Part shown: positions 28,801 to 37,349 of the stretch, piece after piece
Layout: each line of letters starts with the position of its first letter
Position numbering within the stretch: position 1 is the first letter of the stretch
Assembly (NCBI GenBank): GCA_040399745.1
Contig: JBBARP010000005.1
Location: forward strand, 118,048-182,047
DNA length: 64,000 nt
Source of the DNA: Bdellovibrionia bacterium
Lineage (GTDB): Bacteria; Bdellovibrionota; UBA1018
Direction: 5' to 3'
Program-made: the position numbers and the translations under genes
Notes under the pieces: generated by a model
Databases searched by the model: none
Told to the model about the DNA's origin: nothing
Seen by the model: only the letters and a program-made list of their open reading frames with translations

Positions 28801-30317
28801 GGCAGGAGTCCCTCACGCACGCGACCGGCTTGGCGCAGTACCTGCCAAGCGACTTGTCGCAGTTCTACTTCGGTTCCATTTAAAACCAGCTCAGCCTGGG
28901 TGGCGTCGTCGCCGGCTTGAATCACCTGGAAAGTGCCCGATCGGCCCAAGCGGAAGCGCTCCTCTTCCAGTCGTGCCCGGTCGCGGAACGAGTTGGCCGT
29001 GCGATTCGTGGATTCTTGAGCGCGCTTCAAGCGATGAAGATCCAAGCAGACGGCCGTCCATCGCGAAATGTTCTGGTCCTGCGCGATCGATTGGCCCGCA
29101 TCGGCCCGAATCCAGGTTGCCGTGCTCGACAAAACGTCCGCTTTTTCAGCCGTAAACCCGATGGGCATGCTCAAGGTGACGCCCACGGCGTAACCTTTCC
29201 CAGCCCGACCCGCGAAATCCGAGAAACTGGCGTTGGCCGTACTGGCCACCCCGTTGGTGAAGACCTGGCCCTGAAGCTCCAGATTGGGCCGAGCCAAGGC
29301 CTCAGCGCGTTTCTGAGAATCGAGAGCGGCTTCCGCTTGCGAGCGAGCGCGCTGCACATCCAAGCCTTCAGGAGCAGGATTCAGCTTCTCTTCGCTGCCA
29401 CAGAGTTTCAGGGCTTCCACTTGCGGTTCATCGAGCGCCATCGGAATTCGAGTGGCAGGAATCCGAGTCCAATCGGGATTCAGCTTCAGCGAGAGAACCA
29501 AGTCGCGCCAAGTGTCCTGAAGTCGCAGCTCGGCGGCCTCAAGCTGGTTTTTCGCTGCCGTCACGGCGCCTTCGACTTGCAGAACATCGGGTCTCTCGGC
29601 GGTTCCACGCTGAGCTTGAAGTCCCACAAGCGATTGAAAACGAACCTTTCGGTCAAAGCCTTCTTTGGCGGCTCGAGACTGGGCCTGCGAAAGCCAAGCG
29701 CCGTAATACAGCCGCACTAAACCAAGCACCCACTCTTCCATTCCGGCTTGCGCCTGAAGGCCTTCGGCTTCCGAGAATTTCTTCGCCGAACGCTGCTGAG
29801 CGCGAGTGGCTTGCCCCAACGAGTCGGCCCAGAGTTTCTGAGTGACGCTCAAAGTGCTTCGCGTATCGAAGTAGTCAAACTGACCAAAGGTAGGAAATGC
29901 GATCAAGTTGTTCGAGTGGGATACTTCCGCTTGGACCGAAGTTCCGGTCTGAAAGGCCGTAGCCAAACCCACCGCCATACTGGTGCCTTCGGTGTGATTG
30001 GGACTAAAGCTATTGCTGGCTTCGCGGCGATCGTCCAAGCGGCTGAATTTTGCGTAAGGGCGCCAAGCCAGCGCAGACGAGGCTTGAAGCTCAGCCACCG
30101 GCGCCGTGAGAAATCCAGCCTTCGCCGAACGGAAGCTATCGGAGCTTTCAGCAGCGCGTTTCAGCACAAAAGGCATCTCAAGCCTTTGATTCGGTAAGGA
30201 TTTCAAAAGCTGCACAGCATCTTCCGGAAAGCCATTGAGCTCCGGAGCTGCCCAAGCAACCGAAGACGAAGCAACAAGGACTCCTGCCCATGCCAACAGA
30301 GAAAAAAGGTGCGCCAT
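28797..30317 (-). CDS. Outer membrane factor (TolC/OprM family) of the RND efflux system
   Basis: Signal peptide and duplicated OEP repeats. It overlaps the RND gene start by 4 nt. Confidence 0.7.
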   Translation of the reverse strand: MAHLFSLLAWAGVLVASSSVAWAAPELNGFPEDAVQLLKSLPNQRLEMPFVLKRAAESSDSFRSAKAGFLTAPVAELQASSALAWRPYAKFSRLDDRREASNSFSPNHTEGTSMAVGLATAFQTGTSVQAEVSHSNNLIAFPTFGQFDYFDTRSTLSVTQKLWADSLGQATRAQQRSAKKFSEAEGLQAQAGMEEWVLGLVRLYYGAWLSQAQSRAAKEGFDRKVRFQSLVGLQAQRGTAERPDVLQVEGAVTAAKNQLEAAELRLQDTWRDLVLSLKLNPDWTRIPATRIPMALDEPQVEALKLCGSEEKLNPAPEGLDVQRARSQAEAALDSQKRAEALARPNLELQGQVFTNGVASTANASFSDFAGRAGKGYAVGVTLSMPIGFTAEKADVLSSTATWIRADAGQSIAQDQNISRWTAVCLDLHRLKRAQESTNRTANSFRDRARLEEERFRLGRSGTFQVIQAGDDATQAELVLNGTEVELRQVAWQVLRQAGRVREGLLP

Positions 30318-30412
30318 GTTTGGTTAACACCTTTTTAAACTCTCGTTTGAATCTTGACCAGAATAATGCGCCCGACTCGCGCAGACAAAGCGCCGTCTCC
30401 AGCGAAAAAACC

Positions 30413-31036
30413 TTAAACGGTCAAAAGAGAAATCCAGCGCTGAAGCTTGTCATCTCCAAAGCCTTGTTCACCCGAGATCACTTCATCCGCAAAGTCCTGA
30501 GAAGGCTCGACGAACTGATCGTGCATGGGTTTCACTTGGCGCTCAAACTGCTTCCGAACGCCATCAGGCGATCGTCCGCGCTCACGGGTATCTCGCCTCA
30601 GCCTTCGGTCGTACCGAATGGCTTCAGAAGCCGAGATGAAAATGCGGTGATCGGCTAACGCGCGGATTTCGGGGTCATTCAAAAGAAGAGTGCCATCCAA
30701 AAGAATGACGGGCTTGGGCTCGATGCGAGTGGTCTCGCTCTTTCGAGTGTGGGTGGCAAAATCGTACATCGGTGCTTCGATGGCTTTTCCCTGCTGAAGC
30801 TCCCGCGCGTGCCGCGCCATCAGGCTCAGCTCCAAAGCCGAAGGATGATCAAAGTTCACGTTCTCGCCGTCCCCGCGAAACACCGAGGATTGGTCGATGT
30901 AGTAGCGGTCCTGACTCAGCACCACACTACGATGATCGCCCAGCAGCTCGTGGAGCCGGTTTGCGAATGTGGTCTTTCCGGAAGCACTGCCACCGGCAAT
31001 TGCCACCACTCGAATCCGGGACTTCTCGAACTGCAT
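30413..31036 (-). CDS. udk: Uridine kinase
   Basis: P-loop VVAIAGGSASGKTT. It is ~207 aa and matches the Udk family throughout. Confidence 0.8.
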   Translation of the reverse strand: MQFEKSRIRVVAIAGGSASGKTTFANRLHELLGDHRSVVLSQDRYYIDQSSVFRGDGENVNFDHPSALELSLMARHARELQQGKAIEAPMYDFATHTRKSETTRIEPKPVILLDGTLLLNDPEIRALADHRIFISASEAIRYDRRLRRDTRERGRSPDGVRKQFERQVKPMHDQFVEPSQDFADEVISGEQGFGDDKLQRWISLLTV

Positions 31037-31085
31037 GACAACCTTCTTCCAACGAAATCAGGGCGGCCGCAAGCCCCCCTGAAAC

Positions 31086-31724
31086 TTACTGAATGGTATC
31101 GAACAAACGGTCGCCAGCGTCGCCCAGGCCCGGCAGCAGGTATCCCCGCTCGTTCAAGCCCTTTTCGATCGAAAGCGTATAGATCTCGACGTCCGGATGT
31201 AGGTGAGCCATCCGTTCCAGTCCCTGAGGCGATGCCAAAAGGTTCAGGCAGCGAATCGAGCCCACTTCCAGCTCTTTCAAACGTTCAATGGCGGCACAAA
31301 GAGTATCCCCGGTGGCCAAAAGCGGATCGAGAAGCAAGACGCGCTTTCCTTTCACGTCCCGAGGAAGGCGCAAGTAGTACTCCACCGTGCTGTGAATGAA
31401 CTTGTCGCGGTAAATTCCAATGTGCCCCACCGTTGCAAACGGAAGGATGGGCAACATTCCCCCGAGCATTCCCATTCCAGCCCGCATGATGGCGACCAAG
31501 GCAACCCCTTCGTCGACCACCCGGGTCTCCGCTTTTTCCAAGGGAGTTTCGACGGTCGTTGCGCGAGTTTTCAGATCGCGCGTGGCCTCGTAAGCCAAGA
31601 GCGCACTGAGCTCTTCCACGATCTGACGAAACGTGTGGGGCGTGGTGTTCTTATCCCGAAGCACATGAAGCTTATGCTGGGCCACCGGATGTTCGATCAG
31701 TTTCAATTTGGGATTCAAAGTCAT
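31086..31724 (-). CDS. upp: Uracil phosphoribosyltransferase
   Basis: Start at MTLNPKLKLIEHPVAQHKL. PRPP-binding motif VLLLDPLLATGDT. The C-terminus YLLPGLGDAGDRLF is typical of Upp. Confidence 0.85.
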   Translation of the reverse strand: MTLNPKLKLIEHPVAQHKLHVLRDKNTTPHTFRQIVEELSALLAYEATRDLKTRATTVETPLEKAETRVVDEGVALVAIMRAGMGMLGGMLPILPFATVGHIGIYRDKFIHSTVEYYLRLPRDVKGKRVLLLDPLLATGDTLCAAIERLKELEVGSIRCLNLLASPQGLERMAHLHPDVEIYTLSIEKGLNERGYLLPGLGDAGDRLFDTIQ

Positions 31725-31758
31725 GAGAGACGTGTTCCTTTCGGATCCAGCTTTCAAA

Positions 31759-32997
31759 TCAGAAAACGGTTCCATCGCTGGCCAGCTTCAGTGGAGGATT
31801 TCCACCTGGGCGAAGCTCGCTCGCAATTTCGCGTCCTGCCCACCAAGTTCCGCCTTCTAGAACGCAAGCCAAGGGGAACTGAGCCGAACTCACTCCGAGC
31901 TTTTTCCGCACGGCCAAGGCAATGCGATCCAGCCAGGTCACCGTCAACGCGCGCCACTCAACGATGAGTTCTGATCCCGGCATGTGCTCGAGAGCGGCTA
32001 GCCCTGGGTCTTCCAAAGTGATCAGGCCTGCATCCACAATCAGTCCGCCGTTTCGGTACTCGGCAAGTCCCGTCAGTTGGCCAAGATCGGTTACCGTAAA
32101 GCCAAAACGTTCGGCCGGATCGAGAAGCGAGTACGTCATCCACTGGGACAACTTATGGAAGCAAACCCAGCCTTCGGGCTGACTCACATTCCCCAATGCC
32201 GGGTGTTCCCAAACGTCGCCCAGCGGTGCGCCCTTCCAATCCAGGCGTCCTGGCCAGATCGAGCCAAACCCGCGAAGCACAGCGTCCAAGATGGCACGAG
32301 CCGGGAGCCATTCCGAGCCACCCATGTCGGCTTTCAAGTAATCGAGGATCCCTGAAGGCCGCCCTGAAGAACCGAATCGAAGGGTGTCGCCCTCGATCGC
32401 TTTCCCGAGGTTTTGCAAAAGCTCCAAGCGACCGTCCAAACCCGCGAGCGGATTTTTAGGGCCCACCTGAAAGCCGTTGGCCAAACGTTCGCGAGTCAGC
32501 GCGCGAAGACCCGCTGCATCCACCTGATAGGGCCGCTTCGGATCGGAACTAAACGCACCCGAGAGAAATAGATCCAAGCTCGCTACGGCCAACCCTTCCG
32601 ATCGGGCGTAAGTCCTTCCGTCGCGTCGATCGTCGTACTTCCACTGACCGCCAGAACCGGCGTCCAGGAGAACCGAAACGACGACCAAATCGAGTCGCGC
32701 ACGAGCCAGGTCTTCTTTCGACTGAGCTGCAAACGCTTTGTCCACGTCCGACAAGCGATTGATTCCGCCCACTAAGAAGTGGCCCCAACGTGCATGGGGC
32801 GGAATTTTTAAATCCGGATAACGCCTTCGAGTGCTGGCCACGACCCGGTCGGCCACCACTTCCAACTCTTCGGGATGCACTCGAAAATAGCCTTCCCCCC
32901 GCTCTGCGCGTTCGGCCAATTTCAAGCACCTCTCGCGAATGGATTCAGGAGAAAGGAGTTCGTCTAAAACGGCATCTTGCCCTAGTGCTGGAATCAC
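31759..32997 (-). CDS. DUF1688-family protein (URC4-like, uracil catabolism-associated)
   Basis: ~412 aa, with no recognisable catalytic motif. The assignment rests on size and composition plus tight coupling to the URC1-like gene and upp, which is the typical bacterial URC arrangement. It overlaps the next gene by 4 nt. Confidence 0.5.
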   Translation of the reverse strand: MIPALGQDAVLDELLSPESIRERCLKLAERAERGEGYFRVHPEELEVVADRVVASTRRRYPDLKIPPHARWGHFLVGGINRLSDVDKAFAAQSKEDLARARLDLVVVSVLLDAGSGGQWKYDDRRDGRTYARSEGLAVASLDLFLSGAFSSDPKRPYQVDAAGLRALTRERLANGFQVGPKNPLAGLDGRLELLQNLGKAIEGDTLRFGSSGRPSGILDYLKADMGGSEWLPARAILDAVLRGFGSIWPGRLDWKGAPLGDVWEHPALGNVSQPEGWVCFHKLSQWMTYSLLDPAERFGFTVTDLGQLTGLAEYRNGGLIVDAGLITLEDPGLAALEHMPGSELIVEWRALTVTWLDRIALAVRKKLGVSSAQFPLACVLEGGTWWAGREIASELRPGGNPPLKLASDGTVF

Positions 32998-34250
32998 TCG
33001 GTCAGCCCCCGTCCCTTCACTTTTTTCAGTTCTTCGCCCTGAGGCACGTGGCCTGGAGTGAAATAGCCAGCCGCTTTCTTGGCCTCCATTTCGACTTGAG
33101 CGTCTTTCGGAATCAACTCATCCGGAATCGGCACGCGCTCGCGCACTTCAATGCCGCTTTGAACGATGGCGTTGAACTTCATGTCGCTCATCGAGATCAG
33201 GCGATCAATCTTGGTGATGCCCAGCCAATGCAGAACATCGGGCATGAGCTGTTGAAAGCGCATGTCTTGGACGCCCGCCACGCACTCGGTGCGGTGGAAG
33301 TAAGTCGCGGCGCTATCGCCGCCTTCTTGGCGCTTGCGTGCGTTGTAAACCAGGAACTTGGTGACTTCGCCCAATGCCCGGCCTTCTTTGCGGTAGTACA
33401 CAATGGCGCCGGCGCCGCCTTTTTGAGCAGTCCGAATCGCTTCTTCGATTCCGTGCACCAAGTAGGGACGGCAAGTGCAGATGTCCGAACCAAAGACGTC
33501 CGAGCCATTGCACTCGTCGTGTACGCGAACGGTGAGCTCTTTGGAGGTATCCGGAATCGAGGTAATATCGCCAAACAGGTAGACCGAAGTGCTTCCGATG
33601 GGCGGCAGAAAAATTTTCAGATCCGGCCGAGTGACCAACTCGGGGTGCATTCCGCCCGTTTGCTGAAACAGAGTCCGACGAAGCGTTCCTTCGTCAGTTC
33701 CGAAACGAGCGGCAATGGCAGGCAAGTACCAAACCGGCTCAATGGCGGCTTTAGTCACCACTACGTCCAGGCTAGGAAGAATGACTTTGCCGTCCACTTT
33801 CAGACGCCCTTTTGAAACAGCGTCGTCGAGCTCGGCCATGCGGATGTGGGCTTTAGTCACCGCAATCGACGGGCGAATGTCGTACCCTTTTTTCAGGTAG
33901 TCCCCGAAAACCTCGGCCACGACCGCACCCCAGGGATCGACCGACACAATTTTTTCTGGGTTCGTCCACGAAGGAAAGGGACCGATCGAAACGGCAGGCG
34001 AAGTATTGGTGAGATCGGGACGATGATCTTCCGGCAAAGCTCCTGCAGCCATCGCCAAAGCCCGGTAAACGCTGTAACTCCCGCTGTGCGAGCCAATGGC
34101 ATTGCGATGATGAGGATCCGTGTGCGTGGCCACCACTGGGCCTCGAGTGAGCGGATCGGCCGCTCCCCATTGCACGGGAGTCACGGTTTTTCGGCCTTGG
34201 CCGGGATGCGAGGTCAAAATGACATGGGACAGTTTCTGCTTCTGGGGCAC
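32994..34250 (-). CDS. GTP cyclohydrolase II-like protein (URC1-like, RibA homolog with an N-terminal extension)
   Basis: VHDECNGSDVFGSDICTCRPYL corresponds to the RibA zinc-binding C-x-C...C motif. It is 418 aa versus ~200 aa for RibA. Confidence 0.6.
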   Translation of the reverse strand: MPQKQKLSHVILTSHPGQGRKTVTPVQWGAADPLTRGPVVATHTDPHHRNAIGSHSGSYSVYRALAMAAGALPEDHRPDLTNTSPAVSIGPFPSWTNPEKIVSVDPWGAVVAEVFGDYLKKGYDIRPSIAVTKAHIRMAELDDAVSKGRLKVDGKVILPSLDVVVTKAAIEPVWYLPAIAARFGTDEGTLRRTLFQQTGGMHPELVTRPDLKIFLPPIGSTSVYLFGDITSIPDTSKELTVRVHDECNGSDVFGSDICTCRPYLVHGIEEAIRTAQKGGAGAIVYYRKEGRALGEVTKFLVYNARKRQEGGDSAATYFHRTECVAGVQDMRFQQLMPDVLHWLGITKIDRLISMSDMKFNAIVQSGIEVRERVPIPDELIPKDAQVEMEAKKAAGYFTPGHVPQGEELKKVKGRGLTE

Positions 34251-34276
34251 GAATCAGTCTCCTTCTCTACTTTGGA

Positions 34277-35755
34277 TCAATTCATCCAGTTCTTGTCGGA
34301 AGCGGCGCTCCACTTCACGGTAATTTTCTTTCGGTCACTCCAGAACTCCACGCCGGAAGCTCCTGTGATGTCGCCCGAACCAAACTTCGAATCGTAAAAA
34401 CCACCAAAACTAAACGGCTCGCGCGGCACCGGTACACCGATATTCACGCCGATCATCCCAGCGCGCGCTTCTTGAGCCACGCGTTCGGCTACGGCCCCGT
34501 TTGAAGTGAACACCGAAGCTGCGTTGCCAAAAGGCAAACTGGCTTCGATCTCAAGCGCTTCCGAAAGCGTATTCACGCGAACCACCGAAATCAGGGGTCC
34601 AAAAAGCTCGTCGCATGCAGCCGAAGTGCCGGGCTTCACGTGATCCAAAATCGTTGGCCCAAGCCAGTTTCCGCCCGCATAGTCGGCGGGGGCCTGAGCT
34701 TGCCTTCCATCCAAGCGAAGCGTGGCGCCTTCTTGCAAGGCTTTCTCGATACCCTTCACCAAGCGCTCGCGCGACTCACGCGAGATCAAAGCGCCCATGT
34801 CGGGGCCCAGTCGAATCGCTTTTGCTTTTTCGACCACTTGATCCAAGATTTTTTCGCAGTCGCCCACCCCAATCAGAAGGCTTGCAGCCATGCAGCGCTG
34901 ACCAGCGCAGCCCGTGAAGGAATCTGCAATTCCGCGACTCGCCATTTCCACATCGGCATCGGGCATCAAAATGATGGGGTTCTTCGCACCACCCAGAGCC
35001 AGCACGCGCTTGCCGGATCGCGAACCGCGCTCGTAGACCGAACGCGCTACCGGGGTTGAACCCACAAAACCCACCGCACGAATTTCGGGGTGATCCAAAA
35101 CTGCCTCGACCGTTTCGCGACCGCCATGGACGACGGTCAGAACGCCGTCTGGAAGTCCCGCCTCTTTCCAAGCTTGAGCAATCAGGGCCGGCGTCATCGG
35201 CGTTTTATCCGAAGGTTTCCAGACAAACGCATTTCCCACGCCGATCGCAATCGGCATCATCCACATCGGAACCATGGCCGGAAAGTTAAACGGCGTAATC
35301 CCTGCCACCACACCCAGAGCTTCGCGACGGTATTCGCAAAACACTCCGCGAGACACTTCCATACGGCCACCGGCATCGAGGTTCTGAAGGCTGAGCGCGA
35401 ACTCGAGCACTTCCACGCCCTTCAACAGGCCTGCTTTGGCTTCAGCCAAAGTTTTACCGCTCTCTAAGCTGATGGTCTGGCTGATTAAGCCCAGGTCCCG
35501 CAAAAGCACTTCGCGGAAACGAAAAAGGACCCCGCAGCGCTCTTTCAGCGGCGTTCTACCCCACAAGAGTGCGGCTTGAGCGGCGGCGCGGACCCCGCGA
35601 TCGACGTCCGCCGTGGTGCTGGCGCGCAAAACTCCCACCTTCGTCCCTGAGTAGGGGCTGATGACTGCGAGCTCAGGACCTGATCCTGCCTCAAAACGAC
35701 CGGCGATCCAGTTCTCAACTTTGCGGACATCTTGAGGAATTTGAACGGAGTTCAT
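34277..35755 (-). CDS. mmsA: CoA-acylating methylmalonate/malonate-semialdehyde dehydrogenase
   Basis: Aldehyde dehydrogenase catalytic Cys (CAGQRCMA). MMSDH-type C-terminus PVPREPFSFGGFYDSKFGSGDITGASGVEFWSDRKKITVKW. Confidence 0.75.
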   Translation of the reverse strand: MNSVQIPQDVRKVENWIAGRFEAGSGPELAVISPYSGTKVGVLRASTTADVDRGVRAAAQAALLWGRTPLKERCGVLFRFREVLLRDLGLISQTISLESGKTLAEAKAGLLKGVEVLEFALSLQNLDAGGRMEVSRGVFCEYRREALGVVAGITPFNFPAMVPMWMMPIAIGVGNAFVWKPSDKTPMTPALIAQAWKEAGLPDGVLTVVHGGRETVEAVLDHPEIRAVGFVGSTPVARSVYERGSRSGKRVLALGGAKNPIILMPDADVEMASRGIADSFTGCAGQRCMAASLLIGVGDCEKILDQVVEKAKAIRLGPDMGALISRESRERLVKGIEKALQEGATLRLDGRQAQAPADYAGGNWLGPTILDHVKPGTSAACDELFGPLISVVRVNTLSEALEIEASLPFGNAASVFTSNGAVAERVAQEARAGMIGVNIGVPVPREPFSFGGFYDSKFGSGDITGASGVEFWSDRKKITVKWSAASDKNWMN

Positions 35756-35840
35756 ATCGGAGAAAGAGGCTAGCTTGCCACCGAGTTTCCGTCCAGAGCG
35801 CAGTCGTCAGTTGCCCCTCAAAAGGCGAGATCTAAGACGG

Positions 35841-37130
35841 TCAGCTCAGGCGATCCAGCCCAAAGCTGGTATGAAGCGCCTGCACCGCATCTTTCACGCG
35901 TTCGCCATCGACCAAGCAGGAGATTTTAATCTCGCTCGTGGTGATCAGCTCGATGTTGATGCCTTTCTCGGCCAGAGTCTGGAACATCTGGGTGGCTACG
36001 CCTGGGTGATTTTGCATGCCCACACCCACGACGCTGACCTTTGCCAAACCCGACCGCTCCAGAATGCGCATCTCGGGGAATGCCTGCGTGCGAAGTTGCT
36101 CGAGCACTTGACGCGCTTTTGCCGCATCCGTTTGGCCCACCGTGAAGCTCACGGTCAATCGGCCTTCTTGGGAGACATCCTGGACAATGACATCCACCAC
36201 GATGGCTGCCTGCGAAAGCGCACCAAACACTTGGGCCGCCACGCGGGGCTGATCCTTCACGTCTTGCAGAGTCAGTTTCACTTGTGCGGAATCAGCAGCA
36301 ACGCCCGAGACCACAACATTTTCCATCGACTCACCCAACATGTCCTGACTTACCACCCAGGTACCCTCCACGGGATCAAAACTCGAACGCACATGAAGTG
36401 GAATGCGGTACTTCGCCGCAAGTTCCACGCTTCGAATCTGGAGTACTTTTGCACCCAGCGAAGCCAGCTCCATCATCTCTTCATACGAGATTCGCGAAAT
36501 CTTCCGCGCTTTCGGACAAAGCCTCGGATCGGTCGTGTAAACGCCGTCCACGTCCGTATAAATTTCGCAGTCGACTTGCTCGTGCTTTCCGCGAAGCGCG
36601 GCAGCGACAGCCACAGCACTGGTATCCGAACCCCCGCGCCCGAGAGTGGTGATGTTCCCCTCTTCGTCGACGCCTTGAAAGCCCGCAATCACGGGAATCA
36701 CGCCGCGATCAATTTCGCGGTCCAAAACCGCGGTGTCGATCGAGCGAATTCGCGCCTTCGAGTAAACGCTATCGGTGAGGATTCCAATCTGATGTCCGAG
36801 CAACCCCCGCGCAGCGCGGCCTTCGGGAAGTTCCAAGCCGCGGCGCTTGGCTTCCGCATTGATGGCCAGAGTGACCAGGCCTACTGAAATTTGCTCGCCG
36901 CTTGCGATCAGAAGATCGTACTCCGAGCTTTGAGGGATGGGGTCGACCTCGGTTGCGAGCTTCACCAAGCGATTGGTTTCGCCACTCATGGCAGACACCA
37001 CCAAAACCACGCGATCGCCCTTGGCCTGGCTGTCGAGCGCCCAGCGCGCCACCGACTGAATGCGCTCGATGGTGCCCACCGAGGTGCCGCCGAACTTCTG
37101 AACTAAAATGCGTTTTTGAGACAAACCCAC
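35841..37130 (-). CDS. lysC: Aspartate kinase with C-terminal tandem ACT domains
   Basis: ILVQKFGGTSVG N-terminus from a likely GTG start, then the AK fold and two C-terminal ACT domains. The track ORF extends further upstream, so the true start is uncertain. Confidence 0.75.
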   Translation of the reverse strand: MGLSQKRILVQKFGGTSVGTIERIQSVARWALDSQAKGDRVVLVVSAMSGETNRLVKLATEVDPIPQSSEYDLLIASGEQISVGLVTLAINAEAKRRGLELPEGRAARGLLGHQIGILTDSVYSKARIRSIDTAVLDREIDRGVIPVIAGFQGVDEEGNITTLGRGGSDTSAVAVAAALRGKHEQVDCEIYTDVDGVYTTDPRLCPKARKISRISYEEMMELASLGAKVLQIRSVELAAKYRIPLHVRSSFDPVEGTWVVSQDMLGESMENVVVSGVAADSAQVKLTLQDVKDQPRVAAQVFGALSQAAIVVDVIVQDVSQEGRLTVSFTVGQTDAAKARQVLEQLRTQAFPEMRILERSGLAKVSVVGVGMQNHPGVATQMFQTLAEKGINIELITTSEIKISCLVDGERVKDAVQALHTSFGLDRLS

Positions 37131-37349
37131 GATAGGGCTTCTAATCCAGACCGCGCCGTTAGGGAATGGAAGCTTCGGGGAATTTGAATGAACTGTAAAA
37201 AGTTTTGACAGGTGTTCCGGGAACCAAGCAGAGACCCCTGCTCGTCCCAAAAAGCTCCCCCAGAATGGCCGAAAACCTCCATCCAGGGCACTTTCCAAGC
37301 TTTTTCCCAGGCAGGCGCCCGGCAAGGGTCTTGCAACTTCCCGGGTTGG

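Noticed and set aside
28604-29720. Plus-strand ORFs of 183 aa and 267 aa inside the OMF gene region
   Set aside because: They are antisense to a well-supported outer-membrane-factor CDS and have no features.
35775-36887. 370-aa plus-strand ORF antisense to the aspartokinase gene
   Set aside because: It is Arg/His/Ala-rich with no recognisable domains, and it lies entirely within and opposite a well-supported lysC CDS. This is a typical high-GC spurious ORF.
37131-37349. Possible lysine riboswitch in the lysC leader
   Set aside because: I could not find L-box conserved elements by eye. An Infernal scan would be needed, so it is not called.
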